The translations under genes were made by a program, and so were the position numbers. This document shows, one piece after another, positions 39,001 to 50,286 of a stretch of DNA of 64,000 nucleotides. The DNA is from Calcarisporiella thermophila CBS 279.70 (Eukaryota; Fungi; Calcarisporiellomycota). Under the pieces are notes generated by a model. That model was not told where the DNA came from and ran no database searches. It worked only from the letters and a program-made list of their open reading frames with translations. The stretch is from assembly GCF_041956535.1 (NCBI RefSeq), contig NW_027192197.1, positions 135,829 through 199,828 of the forward strand. The letters are read 5' to 3'. Numbering within the stretch: position 1 is the first letter of the stretch; each line of letters starts with the position of its first letter.

Positions 39001-41327
39001 TGAGTGCTACTTACTGTCTTCTCCGTAATCGTCCCAGTCTGGACCACTCTTCCACACCCGTGGCCTTCATTCGGTGCAAGAGAACATCGAGATCGAACCC
39101 GATTATGTTATGCCCTATCAGAACATCCGGATCGACTTGGCGTAGGATGCTCACGAACCGATCGAGTAGCGCGCGCTCCTTTTGCGTCACGTCTACTTTC
39201 ATTTTCTCGCGCTTGAGAGTTTCGAGAAAACCAACGGGAAACCGCACGTCGGACAGTTGGCGTATGGCCGTGAATCGGGAATGGGGTCGTCTCTCAATAG
39301 GGGTGGTGTCTTCCAAACTTACTATGAATTGGGTAGCACTTCATTAGAAAAGTTTAAATCTAAAGCCAACTCAATCAAATAGGCTCCTCACAGTTTGGAA
39401 AGATCAGTGCACTTGCTACTACGACCTCATACATATGATCACGGTGATTTACCACCGTCCTTAAGTTGAGACTCAGAGCACACAATGGAGGATCCTCAGG
39501 AGGATTTTCTTCAATCGGGCGGATTGATTTGGGGTCGTCGAGGGTAAACTCGAGGCGACACCAAGATTTACGACGGTGCTCTTCTCTTACTTGCACTGCA
39601 TTTCCAATGCGAAGCCAGCATGGTCCCATGAGGTTGCGCTTGATAATGAAATGCTCTTGAGCATTGGTGTTTGTGCCGAAAATACGACTAAATGTTTTGC
39701 CACTGAGATCGCTAGGGAGTTGAGGTTCTGAAAGAAAAAGAAATTAATGACACTGTCGATTTCTGTCTAAAATTGAAAACCCACGATCAAAGTCATATTC
39801 GATCTTTAAATAGTTCGATTCAGCGGGAATTCCTGGCAACTCAAAGGCATATTTTCGCTCCACCTCTTTGGCGGCCCATTTCATGATCTTATGGCGTGTG
39901 CAGATGGCGTCAAGTTCTTCATACACGTCCATCATGCTCACTGCTGACTGTGTCTCATTACCTTGATCTGATCCATCGTTATCAAACAAAAAATTAGTAG
40001 ATGCACGTTGATGATCAAATTTTGAGATAGCTTACCATCGAGTTTAAAAGGACGAGGAAGAACAAATAGGTTTCGTTTTACACCGGTGACTCGCACACAA
40101 CAACTCACATACGTGGATGAGGCCTTATCCTGCACTTTTCCAAATAAATAGATGGGACGCTCCTTTTCTTGGGTATTTTCGAACGCATCAAACCAGTACA
40201 TTTGGAGCTCATCCTCCCCTAATTCAGGGGTGTCTTCTGACTTGTCGAAAGATCCTTCAACCGATAAAGGCGCAGCATGTTCTCGCATCGAGGCAAGCAT
40301 TTGGGACATATCATCAGAATAGCTAGGCTTAGCGTGCTTCATTCGATCTTCTGATTTGACATGCCCATTGGTTGCATGCTCAGGCTGGCTTTTTTCCACC
40401 TCACTCATTATATCTATTGATATGTCTTCCAGTGGCATATCACCAAATTCGTCATCAAACGGATCGACTGCTCCGCCACTGAGAGCTTCATTTTTCTCGG
40501 CATCATTTTCACTCTTCACAATTGCTATGGGTGCTTTAGCAGACACTTTAGCGGTAGGCCCGGCCTCGGTTGTTTTCAGATCGAAGACAGAAGAGCTTGG
40601 TCGATTTAGGTCCAAATCCAGGTCAAACTCTTTTGGCTTTGTTAGCTTGAAAATAGGGGTTGGGGCTGGTTTGGGTCTGACGCGTGTTGAAGTTGAGGAA
40701 GGGTCAATATCGTCTTCTAAATCGCCCAGTAGATTTGCCATGAAATCTGAGTCGTCTTGAGTGACTGTAACCTAGAGCATCATAAAGGGCTTAATATCAC
40801 TAAAAAAATTAAATAACTAGTATCCCTTCTACCTTTTTCGGTTCTATTGAAGAATCTGCTTTCTTCTTGAAGAAGGAATTGATCATTTGTTTGGATCTGA
40901 CTCGTTCCGTCTTCTTCTTCTCGCTCTTGTCTCTTTTACGTTTTGAACCGGCTGTGGAAAATGCAGAATATATTGAAAAGCCTTAATATTCCGTGCACGT
41001 ATTCGATTTCTTTTCGTATTTACCCTCTTTTTCCTCATCCGAGTATTCCTCATACGGTTCTTCCTCCCATGCATCCAATCCGTTATCGACATATCCGCCG
41101 TCATCGTCATTTTCTACAAAATCGTCTTCCGCCTGCCGTTGCCTGATCAAGGACCGAAAATCTTCTTCATTCACTTCTTCAAATATCTCCTCCGCGTCGC
41201 CGACCTTATAGTGTTTTAAGTATTTGTCACCACTTTTCTTAAGCTCACGTAATTTTGCAAACTTGTCCGGTTTAGGGTCAATTGCGCGACGCTTGCGGCG
41301 ATCACTTGCCGCAATCGGTGAACTCAT
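36090..41327 (-). CDS. POL1: DNA polymerase alpha catalytic subunit
   Basis: [17 protein letters not shown]-terminus, [54 protein letters not shown] and C-terminal Cys clusters. Confidence 0.98.
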
Positions 41328-41458
41328 GAGGTTGGGCTAAGGGAAATAAGATACCACCTTTATTAAAACTCGGACCTTCTAAAGCATTTTTGAAAACACA
41401 CTACCTTTGGCCTGTGAGTAGAGTAAGGGAAGAAGGGGGTAATTTCGTAGAAAGCAAG

Positions 41459-41504
41459 TTTTCGCGAAAAAAAAAAATTGGAAAGTCGCGAATTTTCAAC
41501 GCGT
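41459..41504. promoter_or_regulatory. Cluster of G1/S elements (SCB/E2F-like CGCGAAA and MCB ACGCGT) upstream of POL1
   Basis: Palindromic TTTTCGCGAAAA at 41459-41470, TCGCGAA at 41486-41492 and ACGCGT at 41499-41504, in an otherwise AT-rich spacer 130-180 bp from the POL1 ATG. Confidence 0.7.
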
Positions 41505-41946
41505 TTTCATTGAGATCTAAGCCATTAAGAGATTTCAGAAAAATTTAATTAGAGTCAAAAATTCTTGACTTGTTTTCCTTCTTTTATCGTTCCTCTTTGC
41601 CCATTAAATTGCATTTTCTTAATTGAGTACCTATTTCATTCTATTGTTTCTTCATTCGAACAACTTTTTCCTTATCTTTGCGTACTGTTTGGCCAGTCAG
41701 AACTTCCGGAGGTTTCACTGTGCTGAGCTGGTAGTCGATTTTGCTGCCCCATTACTGCGATCAGGGGGATCCTATTATTCCTGAAGAGTTATATATTTCT
41801 AGAAAGACTCTCCCCTTCTATTTCTAGTCGGCAATCTGAAAGAGGGCATTATATTTGTGTTGTATCCTTCTTTATTTCCTCTCTTTTCATTCATTACTCC
41901 GCCTCGAACGCCTAGCTTTCTAGTAACTTAATGTCTATTAGGGGTA

Positions 41947-43451
41947 ATGTCAAGTAATAATAGGTAAATTTCTAGTTTTTCTCTGCATTCTGAAGATAAG
42001 GGTGTTCTAATTCTTCATTTTGGTTGCAAGATCTTTCAAATCCATCGAAGAAGAATTAGCATATTACAAACAAAAGGCCCAGCAGCTTGCAGAAGCACTC
42101 TACGAAACCCAACAAGGTCTCGAAGAATTTCAGCAATCTTCTCGCGATCTTGAGGAAGAGCTAGAACGTGAATTGGAGCACCGAGATAAGCGGTGTAAGG
42201 ACTTGGCATCTCGATTGGAGGGAATGCGACTGGAGGGTGAAGAATGGAAGGTAATTATTGTCCAGAGGAGCCTTATTGCGTGGCAATTCAGCCAATTTAA
42301 TGAGTTGTAAAAATGGAATGACCTTGCAGTGCTGACACCTAAGCCATTTAATTGTAATTTTTAGGCAAAATACCGAGAGTCGAAGCGAGAAGCCAATCTG
42401 ACCATCAACCAGTTGCAGAGAGAAATTGATACACTTCGTCAATTACACGAGAAATTCAAGACACGCACACGGGAGTTAGAATTAGATAATGACGATTTAG
42501 AAAGAACAGAGCGGTATATATCTATTCTAAGGGAGGCATTTCTGACATATGCGTATTCATGTTTGTTCTCTTGTACCACTATTAGGGCTGCAAAATGCTC
42601 ATTACAGGACATGGAGACAAAATACAATAAGCTCATGGAGCGTTGTGTTATTTTGGAGAGTGAAGTAGAGATTAAACACCAGTTAGGAGAACAGGTTCAG
42701 AGATTAAAGGATGAGCTAAGAGGTTTGTAAACGCATACTCATTATTCAATCTTCCGTCACTAAAAGAGCCAACCCTAGATACAAATCTGGAACTTGCCCT
42801 CCTCAAGTCTAAACAACAGAGCTCCGTCTCGGCAGAAATGCCAACTGAACGAAGACGTAGTACCCGCCTTCCTAAGGTCTCGACTTCCATGAATGGGCTT
42901 TCAAGAAGTATGAACAGCGCAGTGGACTCGGCGGAATCTCCTCGATCACCCGTCCCCCCATTAACACCCACCCAACGGCTGCCTACACCATCAAATGGCA
43001 GGCGAACTCCCACGAACCAAATCTATGGCTCGCGTCTCCCTCGATCACCTTCCTCGACCCTCATTTCCCCTCCTAGCATCTCGACCAGAAAATCGAAAAA
43101 CACCGTACGAATGGTTCAAGAAATGGTTGGACGTGTGAGGGTGAGTACGATATATTGTTTGCATAATGGTTGGTAGCTTATTTTTCACTCCGGGTATGTT
43201 AGAATTTGGAGGCGAGATTGCAATCTTGTCGTTCTCTTGTTACACCTCTCCTTGACACGCACATCCCAGTTGCTCCCAACTCAACCCTATATTCCCGTCC
43301 CACCTCCCCATTACGCGCTGGTGTGTCGCCTTGTCCATCACTACAGTCTTCTGTCTCATCCACTGGGAGCACAATGACCTCGGGAAGTAGAAAATATCGG
43401 AGATCTAGCGGGGCCGTGACAAGGAGTTTCTCGGGCACCGGATTATCTTGA
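41947..43451 (+). CDS. NUDE: Nuclear distribution protein NudE/NDEL1
   Basis: FKSIEEELAYYK...LEEFQQSSRDLEEELE, RELELDNDDLERTER, QRLKDELR and NLEARLQSCRS. Confidence 0.93.
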
Positions 43452-43839
43452 CTATAGAAATTTTTATTACCCCATGTTTGGAACAGGATTTTGGCTTAAT
43501 TTTTCCCATTTATTCCTATTTTGTTGAGTAGCTTTTTAATACGGGATGAATAAATACAAATGCATGTTGTTCACCGAGTCGAGACCTTGGGTAGAAATTT
43601 GTCGAGCTTAACCCAATATTTTGTTCCGCAAGCTTGCCTCCAATCGTCCCATTCTATGATATTTGGTTAAACTAATATTCATGATTGATATAATGCAACA
43701 GCATATTGCAATCCAAATTTAGAATGTTAAATATCACCTGCAATTTATTTGTCTCCCACTACTGCTTTAGTGTAGAAACATGTATTTGAAAACCTCAGCA
43801 GAAAGTGGTGGTTAATCATTAAATTTTAGTTGGCAAATA

Positions 43840-44268
43840 TTACAACTGAAAGCGGAGAGAATTATCGCTCTCTTTACAGAAATCCAAGCACTTTAATTTA
43901 CCTTCGCAAATCCTAGCACCATCTCTGCACATATCAATGCAACTTGTAAATGCTTCAATGGCCATATTTGACTGGACACATCTTTGTCTACATTGCCCAT
44001 AAACTCTTTGGTCGAACCAGTAATAGCAGCCTGATTTCATACCCGACGGCCTCTTTGATGCTTCACAAACAACCAATAACGCGTAGGTTTCGTTGAGCAT
44101 TTTAATTGTACAGTTGCTCATTTCCTTGCAACTCTCCAACCTAGATTGGAGTTGGTGTCGTTGAGGATTCTTACAGTATGGAGGCGGGAATTGAGCGACT
44201 ATAAGACTCACAAAATGGGTTAAGATCATAAAAATAAAGTTCGTCTTGTAAAAATGAAAAATGATCAT
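43840..44268 (-). CDS. Small secreted cysteine-rich protein (effector-like)
   Basis: Hydrophobic N-terminus ending SLIVA|QFPPPY, 12 Cys including CxxxC pairs, intronless, in an AT-rich island. Confidence 0.65.
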   Translation of the reverse strand: MIIFHFYKTNFIFMILTHFVSLIVAQFPPPYCKNPQRHQLQSRLESCKEMSNCTIKMLNETYALLVVCEASKRPSGMKSGCYYWFDQRVYGQCRQRCVQSNMAIEAFTSCIDMCRDGARICEGKLKCLDFCKESDNSLRFQL

Positions 44269-45674
44269 CTTCGCCCCAATACTAGGAATGAATCCTCGAG
44301 TAGGCACACGAAAGTTGAATTGAAGCGTTCACTTCCGGTTTTCCCATTTTTACTCTAACTTATATATAGACCTCACAGGAGAGTTTGGATGACTTCATAA
44401 ACTTCACAGCGGCGTTTATGGTTTGTCAAAGCAAAAAACCTACTTCAAAGTAGATCATATTCGTATGATGGTTTATTGCGTTCGAATATAATACGAAGAA
44501 CTTTTTCTCGTATCTATGCATTGGAGAAAGCAGCTGTTTTAATTCGTAAAAGTTAAAATCTTCCAACCGATATTTATATTATTGATTTGGCAATTCAAAA
44601 GTACTTTTCGCATCTAGCTTCAAATCGATTGATGTTTTTATTCATCTCTCCTTTACTCAACTTAAGCATAAGGAAGCTTTGGAGAAAAATAATCTCAAAC
44701 TTGATTGTTATTGATTATAGTGAGGAGATAAGGAAACGTTTGTTGAAATTGGATTTCGCTTAAAGTACTTTTATTTCGATTTTGATTTCATATATTTATT
44801 TTCGTTCATGTTTACTTGAAATATATTTGAGAAATAGTAGATAATGGATTTTATTAGCAAGTTTCTGAATATACGAAGTGAAGTTAGGATTTGGAGAAGG
44901 AGAAGTTGATATGAAGGTTATATGGAGATAGATTAGGTTTGGTTATCTTTTTAATCGCATAGCATCCAAATTTAATTATCTGTCCCCTTTCAAGGTCTCA
45001 CTGCCGGACGGTCCAATACTTACTTCTCTTGAAGAGCTATTTTCCATCAGAGCTAAGTACTAGCCTCCAAACCGAGCTCGTGTGACTCCCAGAATACTTG
45101 TGTGCATTTTCCGCTGCCCACGTCCCATTGCCTGACGGTAATATCCCTACTACCAGTGTAGAGCTGCTTCCCGTCGGGACTATGCATCAGACCCAAGACA
45201 GAGTCCAGGTAGGCCTGAAAGATCCGTATTATTAGTTATTGCAATGTCGATAATCAGTAGAGTTATGCAATCCTGCGTTTTTAGAGTCAACTTTTACATT
45301 AATTATTGTAAAACCTGCTGGGGGAAGAGGACAAATTAAGGAATACTGGGGTGGTCAATGCGCTATGACGATAATCTCGATTTTTGCGGGAGGATTCAAA
45401 GGATTCAAATTATTATTTCTAAAATTGCCCCATTTACCAGTGATATCACGAATTGATTCATAGCGTTTATTTTCAACACAAAGGTAACTCCTGATATGAT
45501 CAAGGGTTTTACGTCTTTATTAAATTCCTGCACAATTGTAGCAATCACCTTATTAATTTTGGCTGCTTTTACAAAAATTTATTTAATAGGAGGGGAAAAA
45601 ATTTCAGCTAAAAAAACTACATATTAGGGATTTGAACCCTTATTGAAATAAAAAAAACTATGTTTTGGAAATCT

Positions 45675-47519
45675 TTAATGCTGAGCCCAAGTGATCGTTT
45701 TGAGATCAATGCCCTCCTGCACCATTTCCCAGAGCGGGCTCATCTCCCGCAATCTGCTTACGTGAGTGAGAACACGCTCAACAACAAAATCTATTTCTTC
45801 CTCTGTCGTAAAGCGTCCAATTCCGAACCGAATGCTGCTATGGGCCATATCATCCTCGGCTCCCAGGGCACGTAGTACATAGGAGGGCTCGAGTGAGGCA
45901 GAGGTACATGCTGAACCAGAGGAGAGGGCAATGTCTTTGAGTGCCATTAGAAGGGATTCACCCTCGACATAGGCAAATGAAAGATTCACACAACCCGGGT
46001 AGCAGTTGCCACCTTCACCATTACGTACGACGTAAGGGAGTTTGCCGACGATACCATCAATTAGACGTTGGGATAGTGCAGAAATTCGTTTGTGATCATA
46101 CTATAAACGAAAAGGTAACAACAGTAAGAATATGAACTTTGTAGATTGGTCAAGCTTATGGCCTCAGCACCCCTGCACACAACTCATTGCAAAATCTCAC
46201 GACTATTATAGTTGTGATTTTGCTCGAATATGTAGTGAAGTATTATTGATATTCGCTTTTTTAGGCGAATTTTTCGTCATCGGCCAGACAAGAAAAATGA
46301 AACGTAAAATCTTACCTCCATCTCATTTTTCGCGAGACGGCAAGCCTCTCCAAACCCAACTGCAAGAGGAGTCGGCACTGTGCCTGAGCGTAGACCACGT
46401 TCTTGTCCGCCCCCAGAGATAATTGGTTCGAGCCGCACTCGAGGTCGACGTCGGACATATAGAGCTCCAATTCCCTTGGGGCCATAGATCTTGTGGCCCG
46501 ACAGAGACATAAGGTCAATGTTCATTGCATTAACATCCAGTGGGATCTTGCCGAGAGCTTGAGCTGCGTCAGTGTGTAAAAACACCTTATGTTTACGACA
46601 GATACGCCCAATCTCCTCTATGGGTTGAATGACACCGATCTCATTGTTCAAGGTCATCACAGAGACAAGGGCCGTCTCAGGTCTAATCGCTTCCTCCAAG
46701 ACCTTCAAATCGACCAAGCCATTCTTTTGAACGGGTAAATAGGTTACCTCGAAACCATCTTCTTGCAAATACCGACAGGAGTCAAGAACACATTTATGCT
46801 CCTAAAAAATATTAAGGTTATGAATATTGAATACTAGCATGGTAGCAAGAATATTTACCGTCTGTGTAGTGATAATATGATTCTTTTTACTACGATAAAA
46901 GCGGGCAACCCCCTTAATGCTCAAGTTATTTGCCTCCGTCGCGCCTGAAGTAAACACTATCTCTTTTGGATCCGCGCCAATAAGGTTGGCAATGTGCTAA
47001 ATTCCGGTTCAGAGTTAAATCTCTCTCCAAAAAAACAAATCAACCTAACCCACAGCACAAATCTAAAAGCTTACCTCTCTTGCATCGTCCACTGCCTTCT
47101 CACTCTCCCAACCATATTGATGGGTACGAGAATGTGGATTTCCGTAATACTGAGTCATGTAAGGCATCATAGCATCGAGAACTCGGGGATCCATAGGAGT
47201 TGTCGCCTGATAATCAAGATATATGGGACGACCAGTTTGCTTCACAACCTTTTCCTCGAAACCATGTTGATCTTCAGATATTGATACATGGATTAATAAT
47301 CAAAATACATTTAAGACTAGAGGACTCGCTGGTGCACTCACCTTGTGAAGGGGCTACGGTTGTGCTGCTCGATGCTATTTCAGCACCTCGATTTTGAGAT
47401 GCTGTAACATATCCCCGCGAAACAGCACTTGGCACAATGGGGAAGTATGTTTTGGGGTAGATCAGGGGACGATATCGAGAAGGCCGCAGAATGCTACGAA
47501 GAAGTGCTCGGCTTGACAT
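45675..47519 (-). CDS. NFS1: Mitochondrial cysteine desulfurase
   Basis: Presequence, [34 protein letters not shown] (PLP Lys) and [17 protein letters not shown]. Confidence 0.98.
46159..46286 (-). ncRNA. Intronic box C/D snoRNA, predicted U6 snRNA 2'-O-methylation guide
   Basis: Inside an oversized (~215 nt) NFS1 intron: terminal stem UGGCC/GGCCA, box C AUGACGA, box D CUGA, two internal hairpins, and antisense element UGUGCAGGGGU complementary to U6 GCCCCUGCACA. Confidence 0.8.
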
Positions 47520-48012
47520 TATTATATTCCAATAGCCAGGTAAAATTATGCCAGCTCAAGTAAACGAATTAGATTAAAAGAAGGAAAGATAATTCCAAGT
47601 CAGTGAGCTTTAGTAACAACGGAAGAAAGGGTTGGTGTCCGAACCAAATACAAAACATACAAAAATCTGATAGTGCGATTGATCCGTTTTGATCTCATAT
47701 CCTGCATTAGGTCATCTCGAATCACCCCACTCCTTTTTCTCAACAATATCGACCCTATTTCTTATTATTCTTCTTTACATCTCTAATAATCAAATCTTAT
47801 TAATCTCCTTCAATCAATACCAGCCATTATCCCTTTTTCTTGTTCTCCATTAACATATTTACATTTGATTTGTTTTTCTGGTTTTCTACTCAATTCCTTT
47901 CTTATTTTTCGACTCTGATACCCTTTCTATATATTCGATTATTCGTTTTTCCCACCTTCAGATTTATAATCCTCTACGATAAACCGTTCCCCTCTTCCTT
48001 TTCTAACGAAGA

Positions 48013-49215
48013 ATGCAACAGCATTCCACCACTTCGTCCTCCCCTGGTTTGAAGCAACAACAGCAACAACAGCCGTCGGCACAGCGCCTTGCGCATCCAA
48101 CCGCTTTCCACCTTCAGCAGACCCTCATCCGCCAGCTGCGAGTAAAAGCTCTCGCAGAAAGCGCTGGGAATCCTTTCGCTGGTACCATTGATCCTCAACT
48201 TCTCCATCAATTTCAACAACAACAGCAGCAACAGCAAAATACTGGCAATTCACAGCAAAATGCTATCCCTATCAAGGGCCACAGTTCTAAATTAAATAGT
48301 AGTTCGGGAGATATGGATTATGAAACAAGTACTGGAGCTGGTGGTGTGGGCTCACCGATCTCAACTCCACTTGGCTCTCCTATGAACCATCAATGGGAAG
48401 GCACAGATGACTATGCCATTGCACAATTGGTGCATTCAGGTGCAACATCTCCGTATGGCCAATCGCCGGCCGATGCCACCCTTTACTCCCCTGGCTCAGA
48501 CACACACGACTTTTTCATGGATTCAGTAGAGGCTGGGGGATCATCAAGCGTGGGAACGTCGGTAGGGCCAATGGATGTGAAGATATCCGGAGGCTCACGG
48601 GCAGCAGCTGCTGCTCTTGCTGGGAGTTTTGGTGCACACCCTATGTCGATGCCTGTAAGACCAAGTGGGACCTGGTTTGGTTCGTTCGATCAAAATTCTC
48701 TGCCAGGTAGCCACCCGAATTCATTCCAGATGCAGGCAGGCCTAGACATGGCGAATGCATTCGAAGGGATGGATGAGGCGGAAATCCAGAAGTAATAGCC
48801 CAGTATTCATTTTTATCCAATGATGAGAACGCTCATCTATATATTTTGATACTATAGGCAACAATTGCTTTATGAAAAAAGACGGCGTCGCCGCGAGACA
48901 CACAATGCCGTTGAACGTCGGCGGAGAGACAATATCAATGAAAAGATCCAGGAGGTAATGACTCCTTTCAAACTGTCTTTTCAAACGGGAAAGTCTAACA
49001 TTTCACGACTCTAGCTCTCCTCACTTCTGCCTGAGACCATGATTGATGGTAGTCAGAAGCCGAATAAAGGACTTATTCTTCGGCGATCGGTGGACTATAT
49101 CCGTATCCTCCAGCACCAGCTAAACCAGCAAGCAGTTCGAAACCAAGAGTTGGAGTCAAGATTGAGGCAATATCAGGACCAATATGGTGAAGAGGCAAGA
49201 AAGGGACAAAGCTGA
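48013..49215 (+). CDS. bHLH-zipper transcription factor (MiT/TFE or Rtg3-like), Gln-rich N-terminus
   Basis: EKRRRRRETHNAVERRRRDNINEKIQE|LSSLLP...KPNKGLILRRSVDYIRILQ plus a zipper, with two introns. Confidence 0.92.
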
Positions 49216-50286
49216 TGAGCTTTCTTTCCCTCATTTGAAGTTTGACTTATATATATTATATATATCTTCTTCTCTTGTGTTTTGAATACGAGTTTGTTGA
49301 TTATATTTTTTGCTATTTTTACTCTCATGTTAACATTATTAGTGTACGAACACTTGTTACTCTGCCATAATTTTATTAACGCAGTTTTATTTAGTATTGT
49401 TTCATTTTTTTTTTATTTCAGATATCCAGTTCAATTTATTTGTATTAAGCTTTCCCCTTTTTCTATCCCCCTATTCCTTTTCCCCTTTCCTTGAGTTTTA
49501 AGCAATAAAGTCATCTTAAATCAATCGCAATCCGAGAAACTCTCTCTGTGGGACAGTGAGATAGTATCAAAAGTATGCCAGTGTAAACTGATGCACAAAT
49601 GTAGTGTCACTAATATTACCATTAGTAATTGATAGCACCACTAATTTAATCAATAAATACAGTCATGACGCACAATTTTTACGCTGTTGTTGGTGCATGT
49701 AACTTGTTTGAAAGGACATTAGATAAAATTAGAGATGATAAAAAGTTCGACAGCATAGGCAACTATGACAAATATAGGCATAAAATGTAATGTGAAAAGG
49801 TTATGAGGGGGATGTGGATGGCTAGAGTTACCCTTATCTTCTCAGGAGATCAGAATTTGAATAAGGCTTCGACAGCTCAATTTCCAAAAAGGTATAGAGC
49901 CATAAGTATACCAATATCCACTAAACCATATTTTATTCGTGTTACAAATGTTAGTTTTATTTGGTGATAATGTGGCAGTATACTGTTAGGCACAGAGATA
50001 AACTCAAAGACGACGGTTATCTTTTATTACTCCAATTGTTTGTGAATGATTCCTCATCCTATAAACCTACCTTTTTTTAAAAAAAAAAAAACGAAAGTAT
50101 AGTTTTGCTATTCAGTATTTATTTACCAAGTGAAAAGCAAAATCACCTAGATAAATTAGAATACTGTACAAAAGAAAAGAGATGGGGTAATATGTTGTAA
50201 TTTAAAAGTAGTCTGAATCAACATGGCCTGTTAATTTCAAAACTAAAATATCGATTCAAATAAGCCCGTATACATTTCATGTGTGC

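Noticed and set aside
45626-45641. tRNA T-arm/B-box-like AGGGTTCAAATCCCT on the minus strand
   Set aside because: It lies in the AT-rich NFS1 3' region with no acceptor, D or anticodon arm. Not a tRNA; at most a lone TFIIIC site.
49213-49245. CTGATGA hammerhead-like core
   Set aside because: It is the tandem stop codons of the bHLH gene, with no GAAA core or flanking stems.
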